Assembly (NCBI GenBank): GCA_934635045.1
Contig: CAKTZA010000001.1
Location: 18,640 to 82,639, forward strand
Length of the DNA: 64,000 nt
Source: an uncultured Kiritimatiellota bacterium
GTDB lineage: Bacteria; Verrucomicrobiota; Kiritimatiellia; RFP12; UBA1067
Reading direction: 5' to 3'
The first letter of the stretch is position 1. Each line of letters starts with the position of its first letter. A model generated the notes under the pieces. The model was given only the letters and a program-made list of their open reading frames with translations. It was not told the origin of the DNA and searched no databases. Both the position numbers and the translations under genes were made by a program. This document shows, in pieces, positions 62,290-64,000 of this stretch.

Positions 62290-63597
62290 TCAGTTTCCCG
62301 CCGGCAGCGCATACCAGGCGACTTCGGCGAGAAAGAACTCGCTGAGGCAGATCGTCGAGTAGTCATAGCGGCGGATCACCTCCGCAAGCGCGGGGCGCAG
62401 CGACGCGTCGCCCGAAAAGGCGGCCACGGCGCAACTGGCCAGCGGCGCGGTCACCCACAGGCGCTCGAACTCCTTGCGCGTGCCGAGGACCTCCTTCTTG
62501 CCCGTCGCCGCGACCTTGCTGCAGTCCCCTTGCGTCTTCTGCTCCCGCCACGAGTAGCCGGCTCGCCAGTTGGCATACCTGAACGGGGTCTCCGTCGAGT
62601 TGTCGTACTTCTTGCTCATGTCGAAGAACTTGCGCGCACGTCCGGCGTTGATGCGAAGCCCTTCGCGGTACTTGGCGCGGCGCGCCGGGTCGCTGTCCGC
62701 CTCGGACAGCCTGCGCAGGCAGCCGGACGCCGTCACGTAGATCCACATGCCGTCGATCTCCACGCGGAACTTCTTCATGTCCGGGACATACCCCTTCGCC
62801 AGCGTGTCGACGCGCGTCAGCCCCGTCGACGGATGCACTTCGGCGCAGGCGTCCTCGTAACGCGCCTTCCAGGCCGGGTCTCCCGTCACGTCGTACATCG
62901 CCCAAAGGACGAACAGGTAATGCGCATCGCCCCGGAAGTGAAGCGAATGCTCCGTCTTGATGTCGCCGCTCGACTGGCCGCGGAAGCGTCCGTCACAGCG
63001 GCATTTCCAGTCGACTTTCGCCAGCGCCTCCCCGACCTCGCGGACCTTGGCGACCAGCGCGCGGCGCTCGTCCGGTCCGGGAAGGCCGCTCATCGCATAG
63101 GCATGAAGGCCGTAGAACCACGGCACGGTCTGGTCTTCGCTGCTGATCGGGAAATGGCTCTTGCCGTCCGTGCCGAAGCCGCGCACGATCATGCCCGGCT
63201 CGTCCGACACGCTCGCCGCCTTGACGAGCCCGCCCGCCAGGCGACGGCAGAGCGCCCGGTCTTCGGCAAGGCCGCTGCGCCGCGCCTTTTCGCTCATCGC
63301 CGCCAGGTAGGGACCCGTGAACATGGGCCCGTTCTCGATCGGCGTCCAGTAGCCCATGCCGTTCGGGCGCAGCTCGGCGCAGTCCTTCGGCGTGGGGATC
63401 TCGCCGACATAGTCAAGGAGAAGCCCTTCCGCGCCCATGAACGTCCCCGTCAGCCGCTCATGGGCCTGCGCCAGGGCGGCCTCGACCGTCCGGGCGGCCT
63501 TCGCGCCCTCGGCGGTCTGCCCGGCAGCCGCCATCGCCGACGCGACCAGGGCGCAAAGGCATCCAGTCATGGCCAACTTGAGTTTCGTCTCTTTCAT
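62290..63597 (-). CDS. Secreted protein of unknown function (helix-rich; possibly an (alpha/alpha)6-type glycan-active enzyme)
   Basis: Signal peptide MKETKLKLAMTGCLCALVASAMAAAG. AAAGGAG lies 8 nt before ATG 63597 (alternative ATG 63615). No motif recognised. It is the first gene of the locus C operon. Confidence 0.7.
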   Translation of the reverse strand: MKETKLKLAMTGCLCALVASAMAAAGQTAEGAKAARTVEAALAQAHERLTGTFMGAEGLLLDYVGEIPTPKDCAELRPNGMGYWTPIENGPMFTGPYLAAMSEKARRSGLAEDRALCRRLAGGLVKAASVSDEPGMIVRGFGTDGKSHFPISSEDQTVPWFYGLHAYAMSGLPGPDERRALVAKVREVGEALAKVDWKCRCDGRFRGQSSGDIKTEHSLHFRGDAHYLFVLWAMYDVTGDPAWKARYEDACAEVHPSTGLTRVDTLAKGYVPDMKKFRVEIDGMWIYVTASGCLRRLSEADSDPARRAKYREGLRINAGRARKFFDMSKKYDNSTETPFRYANWRAGYSWREQKTQGDCSKVAATGKKEVLGTRKEFERLWVTAPLASCAVAAFSGDASLRPALAEVIRRYDYSTICLSEFFLAEVAWYALPAGN

Positions 63598-63628
63598 TTT
63601 CTTCGCTCCTTTCATTTGCGTTGGCGAC

Positions 63629-63637
63629 ATTATAGCA
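63629..63637 (-). promoter_or_regulatory. Extended -10 promoter element (locus C operon)
   Basis: The - strand reads TGCTATAAT, 13 nt before ATG 63615 and 31 nt before ATG 63597. Confidence 0.5.
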
Positions 63638-63747
63638 TAACGCCGTCCCGAAAAACATAAAAACAAAGGATGAAAAAACATGAAACTTACGGAACAAGCC
63701 CGTACGCCGGAAAGCGCAGCGGCGCGGCAGCGGGATTGCCGGCCCTT

Positions 63748-63765
63748 GATTCCCGAAAGGGAATC
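63748..63765. promoter_or_regulatory. Inverted repeat GATTCCC-gaaa-GGGAATC abutting the TG of the 63766-63774 promoter
   Basis: Perfect 7-bp arms with a 4-nt spacer. It occupies the -10/-35 spacer of the + strand promoter. Confidence 0.35.
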
Positions 63766-63774
63766 TGCTACACT
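63766..63774 (+). promoter_or_regulatory. Extended -10 promoter element (partial regulator-like gene)
   Basis: The + strand reads TGCTACACT, 17 nt before ATG 63792. Confidence 0.4.
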
Positions 63775-63791
63775 ACCGCCTTGTTTTCACA

Positions 63792-64000
63792 ATGACTGTC
63801 CAGAACATCCTTGTCATCATTCCGACGGGCGACTACGCCGAGCGCCTCAAGCTCGACGGCGTGCTTGAGTACGCGCGCGACAAGGCGGGCTCCCGCTGGA
63901 ACCTCAAGCTCTGCGTCGGCGGACACGTCCAGCTCCCGTCGCCTGAGACGTGCCGCGTCCGGTGTGACGGCATCATCGCCTACGTCCAAAGCGAGGCCGA
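63792..64000 (+). CDS. 5' part of a gene running off the window; the N-terminus resembles the PBP1-type sensor domain of XylR/AraC-type regulators
   Basis: My own translation from ATG 63792 gives MTVQNILVIIPTGDYAERLKLDGVLEYARDKAGSRWNLKLCVGGHVQLPSPETCRVRCDGIIAYVQSEA... High GC3. TGCTACACT lies 17 nt upstream. Confidence 0.5.
   Translation, partial: MTVQNILVIIPTGDYAERLKLDGVLEYARDKAGSRWNLKLCVGGHVQLPSPETCRVRCDGIIAYVQSEA

Overview
This is a 64-kb, gene-dense bacterial chromosomal segment with high GC. Hand counts of single 60-nt lines give about 70-75% GC over most of the window.

I support about 42 protein-coding genes or gene remnants. I found no rRNA, tRNA, CRISPR array, transposase, integrase or phage gene. 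All functions come from motifs read in the supplied translations; no database or HMM search was possible.

Layout:
- Housekeeping blocks: infC-pssA-corC/DUF21; the mscS, class II aldolase, mnmA and proA region; and the VWA-manC operon with the separately promoted operon upstream of it (small membrane protein, His-phosphatase/HAD fusion, AEC permease).
- Locus A (10.5-27.5 kb, + strand): AraC regulator, Na+/solute symporter, DHDPS/NAL-family lyase, two giant GH42-like enzymes, a GH78-like enzyme and a PA14/FN3/glycine-rich giant.
- A GH3-GH13 fusion enzyme at 27.9-31.5 kb.
- Locus B (44.2-53.3 kb, - strand): a visibly lower-GC island carrying a GntR/LacI-type regulator, an MFS transporter, GH28, a 1056-aa beta-helix giant and a DUF4838 protein.
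- Locus C (53.3-63.6 kb, - strand): an unknown secreted protein, a 1514-aa triple-module beta-helix giant, a clan GH-A hydrolase, a GH28-like hydrolase and a small beta-barrel protein.

The gene content suggests a saccharolytic PVC-type organism (Lentisphaerota, Kiritimatiellota or Verrucomicrobiota-like). That is inference only.

Most interesting observations:
1. Three giant secreted beta-helix proteins share a very short C-terminal tail, G-(hydrophobic)5-R.
2. A recurrent extended -10 motif (TGnTAnnnT) sits only 6-9 nt from the ATG of at least eight genes, implying widespread leaderless mRNAs.
3. A G16 homopolymer lies 12 codons into a decayed FGE-sulfatase-family gene, at the edge of the low-GC island.
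4. The GH3-GH13 fusion has a dispersed, truncated second copy of its 3' end 17.8 kb away.
5. A lower-GC Fic gene carries a non-canonical active-site motif.
6. Several structured or repeated intergenic elements are present.
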